From Fibrobacterales bacterium (GTDB lineage Bacteria; Fibrobacterota; Fibrobacteria; Fibrobacterales; JAOPTW01), in the NCBI GenBank assembly GCA_051532055.1, contig JAOPTX010000042.1, positions 53,730-117,729 on the forward strand: 64,000 nucleotides of DNA, read 5' to 3'. The position numbers and the translations under genes were made by a program. Shown here one piece after another: positions 21,823 to 31,562 of this stretch. The number at the start of each line of letters is the position of its first letter. Position 1 is the first letter of the stretch. The notes below the pieces were generated by a model, which was not told the origin of the DNA, ran no database searches, and saw only the letters and a list, made by a program, of their open reading frames with translations.

Positions 21823-21861
21823 CTACTTAACGATACAAAATGTGATTTACTAATATCTTAA
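21823..21861 (+). repeat. Degenerate orphan copy of large-gene 3' end
   Basis: CTACTTAACGATACAAAATGTGATTTACTAATATCTTAA, similar to 17806-17852. Confidence 0.7.
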
Positions 21862-21878
21862 ATTAAAAGGAAATTATT

Positions 21879-22238
21879 ATGAAAAATATACAACAATTAA
21901 TTATTAGTGCAGTTCTTCTTGGAAGTTTATTTCCGGGAAATAGTTTTGCAGAGAAAATGTGGTGCAATGATGTTGAAATTATGAATATATATGCAACCGG
22001 AAACAGAGATGATACATATGAATCTCATTCTCAAAAGCTTATTGTTGAGCCAAAAGTAAAATGCGGAATAAATCAATATTTTTTCGTTGAATACAATAAC
22101 CCATCGTATAGTTCGATGTTAACACTTATTCTAAATGCGAAAAATACTGGAGGTACAATTTCAGTATTAGTGGATAATGTTTCCAATGATGAAAACACTC
22201 TTAGATCAGCAGAAATTCAAGTAATTGGATATAAATAG
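21879..22238 (+). CDS. Small secreted paralogue
   Basis: 119 aa; PSYSSMLTLILNAKNTGGTISV. Confidence 0.85.
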   Translation: MKNIQQLIISAVLLGSLFPGNSFAEKMWCNDVEIMNIYATGNRDDTYESHSQKLIVEPKVKCGINQYFFVEYNNPSYSSMLTLILNAKNTGGTISVLVDNVSNDENTLRSAEIQVIGYK

Positions 22239-22283
22239 CGATTGTGTATGAACTAAAGTCTGATACAATTGTTTATTCATCAC

Positions 22284-22337
22284 TCCTATAGAACCAAAGA
22301 ACCCATACTAGTGTATAGGCCCTTTGGTTCTATAGGA
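22284..22337. repeat. 16-bp inverted repeat hairpin
   Basis: TCCTATAGAACCAAAG...CTTTGGTTCTATAGGA. Confidence 0.8.
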
Positions 22338-22482
22338 ATTTAAAAAATAACCACACCTACTCACCCACTATCAAGAAAAAATGCACAGAGTGATTGATCC
22401 GGATCATCAAATATATTCTCAAAATGAAAGTAGGAGTAGTGGATCACCAATGAATAGATAATACCCCTAAATCGGGTGTAGT

Positions 22483-22797
22483 CCAGGAAATGCATTTGCG
22501 GGGACGTTGAAACATTGTAAAAATGTTAAAATAGCTCATCTGTATGCAGAAGGAAACCGTAATGATAGCCCGGACGGGCTAACCCATGCCCAAAAATTAA
22601 TCATTCAGCCTGTAACGCCATGTGGGACAAATGTATATTTTTATGTAAAACTTGATAATCCAGCATATGGAGCTATGCTTACATTACTTTTAACTTCAAT
22701 GAGTACAAGTGCTACATTAGATATTTATATTGATGAGACAAGGAATGACGCAGTAAATGGCTCAGAAATGATAATCGTTGATTTGCCTGGTAGTTAA
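22483..22797 (+). pseudogene. 5'-truncated small secreted paralogue
   Basis: In-frame PGNAFA-GTLKHC (signal-peptide end) preceded by TAA at 22468; no ATG or RBS; mature part intact (PAYGAMLTLLLTSMST). Confidence 0.75.
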
Positions 22798-22847
22798 TAA
22801 AATTGAATTAAATTTGGTGGCTTTTTTAAAAAGCAATCCCACTAAAA

Positions 22848-22870
22848 AAGCCGAGCAAAATGCTCGGCTT
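22848..22870. terminator. Terminator between convergent genes
   Basis: AAGCCGAGCA-AAA-TGCTCGGCTT with A run on the left. Confidence 0.8.
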
Positions 22871-22902
22871 ATACTTTAAACTAATAAATTACATCTACTA
22901 CC

Positions 22903-24498
22903 TTAGTACTTAACAATTTCCCAAAGCTGATTATCACCATTCACAAAGTCCCACTGATGAATATTCCCACCATTATCCATTGACCATGCTGCAACATCAA
23001 TAACTTTCTCGTTCATTGCACTCCCAATAGCGAAGTATGATTCTGAGATAGGGGAAATAGACCATTGTTGGTTAGCACCATCAACATAATCCCACTGATG
23101 AATGTTGCCACCATTATTCCACGACCACTCCGCAATATCTAATGCTTTACCGCTGAGTTTGTTAATGATTTTATAATGCTCGCCTGCTTTAACAATACTC
23201 CAGAGCTGATTTTGGCCCCCATAACAATCCCACTGCTGTATATTGGCACCATTCCATTGGGCAGCTTCAGCAACATCAAGACATTTACCACTGAGCTTAT
23301 TGACGATTTGATACTCTGCAGTAGGGTCCCAATCAGTTTGTTCTTCAGAGAAGATGCTCATTTTTTTAATCTCAACAGTTCCTTCTGCAGTAAAATAGGC
23401 TACTACAGGGTTATTATACTTGTTGATTATCATAGAGATAGGAGAAGCTCTTCTGTCGGTAAATTCACTCGCCTCCCACTCAGTCCCATTAACCCATTCA
23501 AAATCACCACCAGTAGAATATTTCATTGCAGCATTACCATTTGCATAGCGTTGCTGTGTCCAATAGATCACAGAACCATCTGCAGAAGCTATTGCGGGCC
23601 AATCCAAATTGCCAATACCGCGTGTTTGGCTATAGCGAGCACCGGTCCCAATCCATTCACCATTATCTTTGTCCAATCTGTAGAGTTCACGTCCAACAGT
23701 AATATAAGAAACACCAGTAGCCATGTACAGAGTACCATCTTCGGTAAACATAAGCTCAGATAGCCCACTCAAGTACCCTGCAGAACGATCTAATTCTGCG
23801 TAGTCACTCCAAGTATTGTTTACCAATTGCTTTATATACGCTATAGCAGGCTCGCCTGGTCTATTGCTTGAACGTTGCCAGTAGCTGAGGTACGGAATAT
23901 TATTTGCATCAAAGGCGACTCGAGTATAGTATTCACTAATAACTCCCGTTTCAAAGGTGTTACTGACTGATGAACCAACTATCTGCCACGCATCATTTAT
24001 AAAGCGTATACATTCAATTGATTGTTCATCATCACTGATAATAACGGTATATGGCACACCATTGTTATCAGTTGTGAGGGCACCGTTAATATCGATTTCA
24101 ACTGTTCTACTCCAAACAATATCCCAACCTGTCCCGTTAAAGAGGGCAATGTTATCACCATTATTGAATGTTGGTATTCCAGATCGATTAACAGAGAAGT
24201 GGTTTGTCGCACTATAACTTAAGCCAGAGAGGCCATCACTATCTTGAATGGTCCACTGCCCGCTCACCAACTTGTAGAGAGTTGGTATGAGGTTAGCGTT
24301 TGCAACTCTATTTGAAAGAAAATAGAGGTCTCCCGTTGAAGACGATGCAACCGAAACAGCTCCTTCAATGGCTAGAGTATTAAGAGTGGTTTGATCAATT
24401 GTTTCCCAGCTGTTTTGCGCCGAGAGGGTTGTTACTGCCATGAGAATTCCACTGAAAACGACTGCCTTCAGCTTTGATAACGATTGAATAGGTTTCAT
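22903..24498 (-). CDS. Secreted protein with beta-propeller-like N-domain and C-terminal ricin-type beta-trefoil lectin domain
   Basis: Signal peptide; three SGK.LD...QW....NQ.W type repeats. Confidence 0.88.
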   Translation of the reverse strand: MKPIQSLSKLKAVVFSGILMAVTTLSAQNSWETIDQTTLNTLAIEGAVSVASSSTGDLYFLSNRVANANLIPTLYKLVSGQWTIQDSDGLSGLSYSATNHFSVNRSGIPTFNNGDNIALFNGTGWDIVWSRTVEIDINGALTTDNNGVPYTVIISDDEQSIECIRFINDAWQIVGSSVSNTFETGVISEYYTRVAFDANNIPYLSYWQRSSNRPGEPAIAYIKQLVNNTWSDYAELDRSAGYLSGLSELMFTEDGTLYMATGVSYITVGRELYRLDKDNGEWIGTGARYSQTRGIGNLDWPAIASADGSVIYWTQQRYANGNAAMKYSTGGDFEWVNGTEWEASEFTDRRASPISMIINKYNNPVVAYFTAEGTVEIKKMSIFSEEQTDWDPTAEYQIVNKLSGKCLDVAEAAQWNGANIQQWDCYGGQNQLWSIVKAGEHYKIINKLSGKALDIAEWSWNNGGNIHQWDYVDGANQQWSISPISESYFAIGSAMNEKVIDVAAWSMDNGGNIHQWDFVNGDNQLWEIVKY

Positions 24499-24820
24499 GA
24501 ATTTCCTTTGTAATTATGTAAAGGGGTGTATGTGTTTTGTGTTTATGTAAAATAGTGTGCCCCAGTATACTATTTCAAGGAACAAGCTACATAGGTTTTT
24601 GCTGATGTACAATACTTGTAATGTAAGCGTGTACAATTTTTACAATCCGCCCTAATGGCCATTTAAAACGTAAAAATGACACTTTGGGGAGGGTATTACG
24701 TGTTACTCTGCTGAACCCGTTTATATTTTGCCTTACATTTTCTACACTTGGTATACGGGGCATCATTCAAACACTATTTTATACAATGCCCTGTTTATTC
24801 ACTTACATTACGAGGGCACA

Positions 24821-25774
24821 ATGAAAACACTCCTATATTTAACAACAACACTATTCCTAATCTTTACCGGTTGTCAAATTGACACCGTAGAAAATGAACC
24901 AATGAGTTCAGAAAGTAACTCTGAACTATCTTCGAGTGATACCGCAAACGGTAATCTCAGTGATGATGACCACAGTAGTTTAGGCGGTTCACTATCTTCG
25001 AGCGCCGATCAAAGCGATGACGACAGTTCTAGCTCTAAACACTATTCAGAACCGACGGAATATTTAGACAATGAATTCAATCACCCGCGTCAACAAACAC
25101 TCCGTCTTTTAGCAGAACTCGAATTTGTAAGCGCTTCGGAGCTTGAAGGGGAGTATTTTGAACTTGATACGCTCTACTTGGAATATGATTATAAAATGAT
25201 GATTAGCGGTAGGTTATTTCAGGAACGTTCTGTCGTGACCCGTTTTCAAAATGACAAACAATTTGAGTTTAATAATGGAACCTTAATTCATCATATTATT
25301 GGAAGTGCAACCGATGAATACAGTTACACATTTAAAGGGAAGGAACTAGTATTAGAATCTGGTTTTGGTCATGGTGAAGCAAATAGTGTATTTGAAGAAA
25401 ACGATCTCCGTTATAAAGTTGGCAAAGATGGAGACACGTACTATCTCATTCTTAAAGAAGAACTTACCGAAGATGCTACGGGAAAGGCAGTGGCCGATAC
25501 TCGCACCCTTTTCAAATGGAACTACGTTATGAGAAAAGTAGAGAATCCTCGTAAGACAACTCCGGTCTCAAGTGAAGAAGAGGTTACGGTCAGTTCAAGC
25601 TCAGTGACTGACTCAATTTCAAGTTCGAACACCGAATCGAGCTCAAGCGTTCAAACCATAGATGAACCTGAAGAAAACCCAAATAGCGGTTGTTATCAGT
25701 GCCCTACAGGGGTTATTTGCGTCAGTGGTGCGGAGAACATGATCGGCTTTGAAGCGTGTTATATTATTCCTTAG
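24821..25774 (+). CDS. Ser-rich lipoprotein, unknown function
   Basis: Start moved to ATG 24821 after GAGG; lipobox FTGC; Cys-rich C-terminus. Confidence 0.75.
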   Translation: MKTLLYLTTTLFLIFTGCQIDTVENEPMSSESNSELSSSDTANGNLSDDDHSSLGGSLSSSADQSDDDSSSSKHYSEPTEYLDNEFNHPRQQTLRLLAELEFVSASELEGEYFELDTLYLEYDYKMMISGRLFQERSVVTRFQNDKQFEFNNGTLIHHIIGSATDEYSYTFKGKELVLESGFGHGEANSVFEENDLRYKVGKDGDTYYLILKEELTEDATGKAVADTRTLFKWNYVMRKVENPRKTTPVSSEEEVTVSSSSVTDSISSSNTESSSSVQTIDEPEENPNSGCYQCPTGVICVSGAENMIGFEACYIIP

Positions 25775-25790
25775 GTTTTTTATGTACAGA

Positions 25791-25830
25791 TCCATAAGAA
25801 TAGCTCAATAGACTGATCTATTCTTATGGA
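25791..25830. terminator. Hairpin, probable terminator
   Basis: TCCATAAGAATAG...CTATTCTTATGGA. Confidence 0.6.
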
Positions 25831-25923
25831 ATCATCATACTAATGGTGATTTAAAGCCTAATGAGAAAAGTAAACTGATTCTCAATGGTTATTTGTTTTG
25901 AATGACATGCTTGGAAAATAAAG

Positions 25924-26952
25924 ATGATTAAACGTTTCGTTTCACTATTTGTATTGATATACTGCCTCATGGTTCTCTCAGGGTGCACCTACCACTATCG
26001 GTCAGCAATCCCCGACTACATATATACCGTGTATAAAGGTGACTCTATTGCCCTGTATGATATTCCTTTTCAAAACGGATATATAGATGGCGTGTACAAA
26101 GAGTATTACCCAAATGGACAGGTCAAAAATAGTGTACTCTATATAAAAGGTGACGCTCAAAAGGGGAGTGAGCAATTCTTTGATAGTTTAGGAGTATCAA
26201 CAGTACTCTACCAAGTCAGGGATACCCTAGATGGTAACGGTACTTTAGAATACATAGTGGATGGGGATACGATTCATACAGAATATTCCAATAAGGAGAA
26301 CAGCATCAAAGAGAGTGTAAGCCACGCTGACGGAAGCAAGCTCCTTACTCATTCTACTGATGGGACAGTCACTAAAAAGGTGTACACTGATGTTCAGGGG
26401 AATATATTCACCATTGATGAGGTTGATGGAACAGTAGAGCCTATTTTCTTTGCGGAAACTGAGAATGGCATAACTGATGACTATATTGATACCTTGATTG
26501 GGCGCTTTGGGGAATCTCGTGAACCACAAAAAGTCGATTCTATTATTGATAGTTATGGGAACCAATGGAAACGCCGGTACATTCATTTCCTGACACTCTA
26601 TGGAGTGATCCCAGTGTGCATTAACAAACCTGTTCCATTATTGCATAAAAGCTACAATCTTAACGGTGCTCACATACTCATTCGGTACATCATAAATCCT
26701 GATGGTTCTGTCATAACGGCATATCCAATCTTTGATGAAAGTAAAAACCCGATTTTTGTTTCCCGATTGATTGAATTATCAGATAATTGGAATTTTGGCC
26801 CTGTGGCTGGAGGAGAGTATACTTTCGATAAATGGTATAGGTTTGTATGGCTCGATTATGGGGAGTATGATCTATTTTATTACAAGTCAAAAGAGCGTCC
26901 AAATTTTAATTGGTTTCTGAGTAACGATGAAACACAAGATGATGGACGCTAA
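25924..26952 (+). CDS. Lipoprotein with MORN-like repeat and TonB-C-like region
   Basis: Lipobox LSGC; DGVYKEYYPNGQVK; IRYIINPDGSV...WNFGP. Confidence 0.65.
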   Translation: MIKRFVSLFVLIYCLMVLSGCTYHYRSAIPDYIYTVYKGDSIALYDIPFQNGYIDGVYKEYYPNGQVKNSVLYIKGDAQKGSEQFFDSLGVSTVLYQVRDTLDGNGTLEYIVDGDTIHTEYSNKENSIKESVSHADGSKLLTHSTDGTVTKKVYTDVQGNIFTIDEVDGTVEPIFFAETENGITDDYIDTLIGRFGESREPQKVDSIIDSYGNQWKRRYIHFLTLYGVIPVCINKPVPLLHKSYNLNGAHILIRYIINPDGSVITAYPIFDESKNPIFVSRLIELSDNWNFGPVAGGEYTFDKWYRFVWLDYGEYDLFYYKSKERPNFNWFLSNDETQDDGR

Positions 26953-26971
26953 AAACCAATAGTTTATCTAC

Positions 26972-29359
26972 CTAAACTTCAAAGTGACCGACTGATTTTT
27001 TTAGGTCACTTCCCATAGATGTTAATGAGTCAGTATGCGTATCTATCTGATTCATTCCAAGGGTAACTTCATTTATAGAATTATTTAAGCCAATGATATT
27101 GCCAGAAATAACATTGAGGCCTTGTGCCGATTCCCCAACATTACTTGATACTTCAGAACTAGCGATACTGACACCACTCACACTATTTGAAATTTCGTTG
27201 ATGGTTGCCGATTGCTCTTCTACAGAACTTACGATAGTATGTGAGATGAGGTTTACTTCTTCAATTATTGAAGTAATGTCTTCTATAGCTTTAACAGAGC
27301 CCCGGGTACTCTCTCTCATATTTTCAATTTGCTTCCCAATCTCACCTGTTGCTTTTGCTGTTTCAGTCGCAAGTTGCTTTACTTCACTTGCAACAACGGC
27401 AAAGCCTTTACCGGCCTCACCTGCAGATGCTGCCTCTATTGTTGCATTCAGAGCAAGAAGGTTGGTTTGATCGGCAATATCTTTAATAACTCCTAAAACT
27501 TTGCCAATTTCATTTGCACTGACTTCAAGGAGCTTCATCATGTCGTTTGTAGTTTGAGCTTGTCTGCTAGCTGTTGCAGCAATTTCAGATTCTTTTTGAC
27601 AATTCTGTGCTATTTCATTTGAGGTCGCGCTCATTTCCTCGATAGCCGCAGCTACAGTAGAAACTGAAGTACTCATCTCTTCTACATTTGACGCAATGAC
27701 GTTCATATTTTCTGATGCTTGTTGCGTAGTCTCAGCTATTGAGTTTGATTGAGTTGCCATGCTTGAGGTAGCAGAATTAACACTGGTAACCGTCTTAGTT
27801 AGACTTTGTGAGGTATCAACCGTTTCGTTTGCTTGTTGGGTAATGTTTTCAATTAAATGACCTAAATTTAAAATCATGCTATCAAATGAGTTTGCAAGGT
27901 CGCCAATTTCGTCTTTCTGAGAGAGTAGAGCTGGGTCTATTTTTAGACGTAAGTTCCCTTCAGCTACTTTGACTGCAATCTCTCGTAATTTATTCAATGG
28001 ATGTGTAACTGAGCGCATGATGTAGATACTTAAAGTTACAATAATCACTATGATGACTAGGGTGCTTATGACGAAAAGTATAAGACCCGATTTAGCTGAA
28101 GCATGAATTGCTAAGGCTCGATTGTTGAGGTCTTGCGAAAGTTTGTCCTCTATTGTTTTCAATAGGTTTATTTTTTGAGTTATTGTTTTAAACCAATGGA
28201 CTGCATCTACACCAAATACTCCATTGCTCGCTTGTTTTGAAAGACCTTCGATTTGAAGTAGGGCAGGGGTATCATCAATTTTAATAACAGCATCAATTGA
28301 TTTACTCGATTTCCGTGCTGCAACCATTTCTTGGGCAACAGTAAGGGCGTCAGCATATTTCTGTAGTGTTTCACTTATATCAGATGTTGAAATGGTTCCA
28401 CCATTTTTTGAAGCCAATGATTCAAGTTTATTTATGTCAGCGAGTATTCGTTCGTATGATTGAGTAAAGCGTGAAACATATTTTTTATCCTTCCTAAGGA
28501 TGTAATTTTTAAAACTATGAATCGCCCCTCCATATCCCAGCTCTTTATAAATACTATTAATCAAGATACTTTTGCTCGACGCTGCCCCTTTATCAAAAGC
28601 AATATCACGCATACGTTGGACTTCTGTTACTACTGGCGTCATCATTGTTTTCGTAAAAAGTTCTTCTTGTTCAGAGTTAGCATTCCATAAAAATGCATCG
28701 AAATATGTATTTTGTGCATTTACCAAATAGGCAAATTTATTAAATACACCATCACGGAAATAATCAACGGCAAAAGTGTTGGTCATTACTGCACGCTCCA
28801 CACCAGCCTTCTCCTTGCCTTCAAGAAATGTTACATAGACACTAATTAAGGTGCCAATCTCTGAGTTAGTACTTGTTTTTGAGATATAGTGGATAATATC
28901 AAGCATCAGCGCATTATGATTCGTGTAGTAACCAATACCTTTTTTGTCGGATATATTCAATTTACTCACCTGGACGCGATGGTTGTCCAATTTATTAAAT
29001 TCGGTCATCGCCTTATTAAAGCGTGAAACAAATTCAGTGCTAATATCTGTAGCGTCAAACTTTTCAAGAAATTTTGTGAGGACTTCTCTTTTACTATTAG
29101 TATTATTTCTTTGGGCAGGGAGTTCAGATATGAATTTTTTTCCATCACTCCCCATAAATCCACCTGTTGCACCACGTTCTTTCTGCATTTCATGGACAAA
29201 ATTGCTGATGTTCACTGATAGTTCAGTGAGCTGTTCAAGTTGACTCATTTCGTTTAACAAAATCTTTTTATCAACAATACCCGAAAGAGTAAAAAACAGT
29301 ATAATAAGAGATGGTATTATTGCTAAAATCGCAATTTTGACTTTGATAGTTAATATCAT
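26972..29359 (-). CDS. Methyl-accepting chemotaxis protein with NIT sensor and HAMP domain
   Basis: Two TMs; VHEMQKERG and [12 protein letters not shown] motifs; [45 protein letters not shown]. Confidence 0.93.
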   Translation of the reverse strand: MILTIKVKIAILAIIPSLIILFFTLSGIVDKKILLNEMSQLEQLTELSVNISNFVHEMQKERGATGGFMGSDGKKFISELPAQRNNTNSKREVLTKFLEKFDATDISTEFVSRFNKAMTEFNKLDNHRVQVSKLNISDKKGIGYYTNHNALMLDIIHYISKTSTNSEIGTLISVYVTFLEGKEKAGVERAVMTNTFAVDYFRDGVFNKFAYLVNAQNTYFDAFLWNANSEQEELFTKTMMTPVVTEVQRMRDIAFDKGAASSKSILINSIYKELGYGGAIHSFKNYILRKDKKYVSRFTQSYERILADINKLESLASKNGGTISTSDISETLQKYADALTVAQEMVAARKSSKSIDAVIKIDDTPALLQIEGLSKQASNGVFGVDAVHWFKTITQKINLLKTIEDKLSQDLNNRALAIHASAKSGLILFVISTLVIIVIIVTLSIYIMRSVTHPLNKLREIAVKVAEGNLRLKIDPALLSQKDEIGDLANSFDSMILNLGHLIENITQQANETVDTSQSLTKTVTSVNSATSSMATQSNSIAETTQQASENMNVIASNVEEMSTSVSTVAAAIEEMSATSNEIAQNCQKESEIAATASRQAQTTNDMMKLLEVSANEIGKVLGVIKDIADQTNLLALNATIEAASAGEAGKGFAVVASEVKQLATETAKATGEIGKQIENMRESTRGSVKAIEDITSIIEEVNLISHTIVSSVEEQSATINEISNSVSGVSIASSEVSSNVGESAQGLNVISGNIIGLNNSINEVTLGMNQIDTHTDSLTSMGSDLKKSVGHFEV

Positions 29360-29744
29360 GATACAGAACCAAATTAAACATCACCTTTAGTATATCATTT
29401 TATTTTTAGAGTGACATTCTAAAATTGCCCTTCAAAGCCTCTTTTCTTACCTGCTTTTCATGATATTCCCAATAAAACCAATTTCGTAAGCAATCTCCAT
29501 GCATAGTGTATGGCCCTTTTTTCAATTCTAATAATCTTCATAGGGCAATGTTGTGATTTTATAATACTCATATATAGAGCTCATTATGACTTTATGCAAA
29601 AAGTTCTTTTATCATAACGGAAAAAGGTATAGATTAATATCGCGAGGGTACGCGCTAACGAACGAAAAGTAAAACATGAAAAGAGCTAATAGTGCCTGTA
29701 TACCTGTATATCCATGGAAACGCTCCAACAGGAGTATATATTCC

Positions 29745-31448
29745 ATGAGGGTTCAATCATTTCTATTGATATCACTTTTGTCCCTCGTCTTTTTACAGTG
29801 CGGCAATTCAGTAACTCCTGACGATAATTCTATTAGATCCGAAGGGTGTGTTAGTTCATCTGATATGCCGATGCCCCCAGGTCTTACTGTATCTTCTACG
29901 GAACAACTATCTTCTGTAACTCTCGTTGAAAATGATTCACTCATTGATGATTCTATTAATGTCTCAGTGGACTCTTCACTCGTTGATACCTCACCTCCGC
30001 CGATGAGTTCTAGTAGCGCTACACCTGTATCGAGTATTGAGTCTTCCTCCGAAACACACATAAATACCTCGAGTAGTTCTCAAGATACGTCTTCTCAGTC
30101 GAATACTAACGTTCATTTCGGTATATTGAATCCTCCCGAGTTCGAAGATTTGTTTGGCGTGGACTCCGTTCCAACCTTCAATATTATAATAGATCAAGAA
30201 CAACTGGATATACTCAATGATGATCCGAGAGCCGAGGAATATGTTCCTGCGTCCTTTTCATTTGGCTCACAGTACTATGCGGATGTAACGGTACGCTATA
30301 AAGGAAACATCGGGTCATGGCTCTATGAAAACACATTACACACCAGTGAACTTTCTTGTGCAGCCCGTTTTAAAATATCAAAAAGCAGTTATATTTATCC
30401 GAAAACGTGTCAAAAACTCTCACTCAAAGTAAAATTCAACACCGATAGCAGCCCCAAACAGCGATTTTATGGGTTAAAAAAGCTTCAATTGCATTCAATG
30501 AACAATGACCCCTCACAAATGCGAGAACAGTTAGGATATTGGGTCTTTAGAATGATGGGTATCCCAGCACCCCGAACACTTTATTCTCGGGTTCAAATAA
30601 ATGGGGAAGATGTCGGGCTCTATATTGCAGTCGAAAATATTGATGGTAGGTTTACGAAAGCTCACTTTTCAAGTGGTGATGGAAATACCTATAAACAGAT
30701 CATGCCTATTGATCCATCGAATAATAGACACAGCTCTGATGAATATAGAGCGGTTCTGAAAACCAACAAAGGAGATGAAACATCAGTAGAATTGATGAAA
30801 GAATTTGCTCGAGCGTTGCGAGATGCTGATAGTGATTCTGTGACCACCGTCATTGACACATGGATGGATATCGATCTTATGATGGCTCATATGATGGTCA
30901 ACCGATTACTCAATCACTGGGATAGTCCGTGGGCATTAATGTTTAATGTATGGGATGGGAAAAATTTCTATTGGTATGAAGACCCTGATAATAAGCAATT
31001 TACACTGGTACCATGGGATTTGGATAACATATTAAGTGGTACTGATGATTTTAGAGATTTCTTTGATACATATGGCTACTACGGTTCAAATATGACACCA
31101 TTCCCCGGAGTAGGTCCTCCAGAGCAGTGCGATGAACCAAGCTACCCTCAGTGTAATAGATTATTTAGAGGATTTAATACATTTGAAACTCAATATCGCA
31201 ACCAAGTTGATACATTCCTTCGAGATGTCTATCCACTGCTCGATGGGCAGTTAAACACTTGGTATAATAAGATAGCACCAATCACTCGTGAAATGAATGA
31301 GCTCCATGGGGATATAAAAGAATGGCCTGGTTCCTCTGAGGGGAGAGCTGGTGCGATTGATGAAACCTACTGGAATTATCATTATAATTTGGTTCGTCTG
31401 CAGCTTTTTCAAAATGCTGAAGAGATTATTAATTGGAGGGATGAGTAG
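29745..31448 (+). CDS. CotH kinase-family lipoprotein
   Basis: Start 29745 preferred; lipobox FLQC; VRYKGN, DPSQMRE, GLYIAVE.ID, NFYWY, PWDLD. Confidence 0.85.
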   Translation: MRVQSFLLISLLSLVFLQCGNSVTPDDNSIRSEGCVSSSDMPMPPGLTVSSTEQLSSVTLVENDSLIDDSINVSVDSSLVDTSPPPMSSSSATPVSSIESSSETHINTSSSSQDTSSQSNTNVHFGILNPPEFEDLFGVDSVPTFNIIIDQEQLDILNDDPRAEEYVPASFSFGSQYYADVTVRYKGNIGSWLYENTLHTSELSCAARFKISKSSYIYPKTCQKLSLKVKFNTDSSPKQRFYGLKKLQLHSMNNDPSQMREQLGYWVFRMMGIPAPRTLYSRVQINGEDVGLYIAVENIDGRFTKAHFSSGDGNTYKQIMPIDPSNNRHSSDEYRAVLKTNKGDETSVELMKEFARALRDADSDSVTTVIDTWMDIDLMMAHMMVNRLLNHWDSPWALMFNVWDGKNFYWYEDPDNKQFTLVPWDLDNILSGTDDFRDFFDTYGYYGSNMTPFPGVGPPEQCDEPSYPQCNRLFRGFNTFETQYRNQVDTFLRDVYPLLDGQLNTWYNKIAPITREMNELHGDIKEWPGSSEGRAGAIDETYWNYHYNLVRLQLFQNAEEIINWRDE

Positions 31449-31562
31449 TACGGACAATGAGTGATTTTCTTGTTTTTAAAAGCTAGAAAACGCATTAACT
31501 TACCCTGGGTAAGCGCTAATTGAAATTAGGCTCTTAAAAGCTATATTTGCGCACTTCAATGC

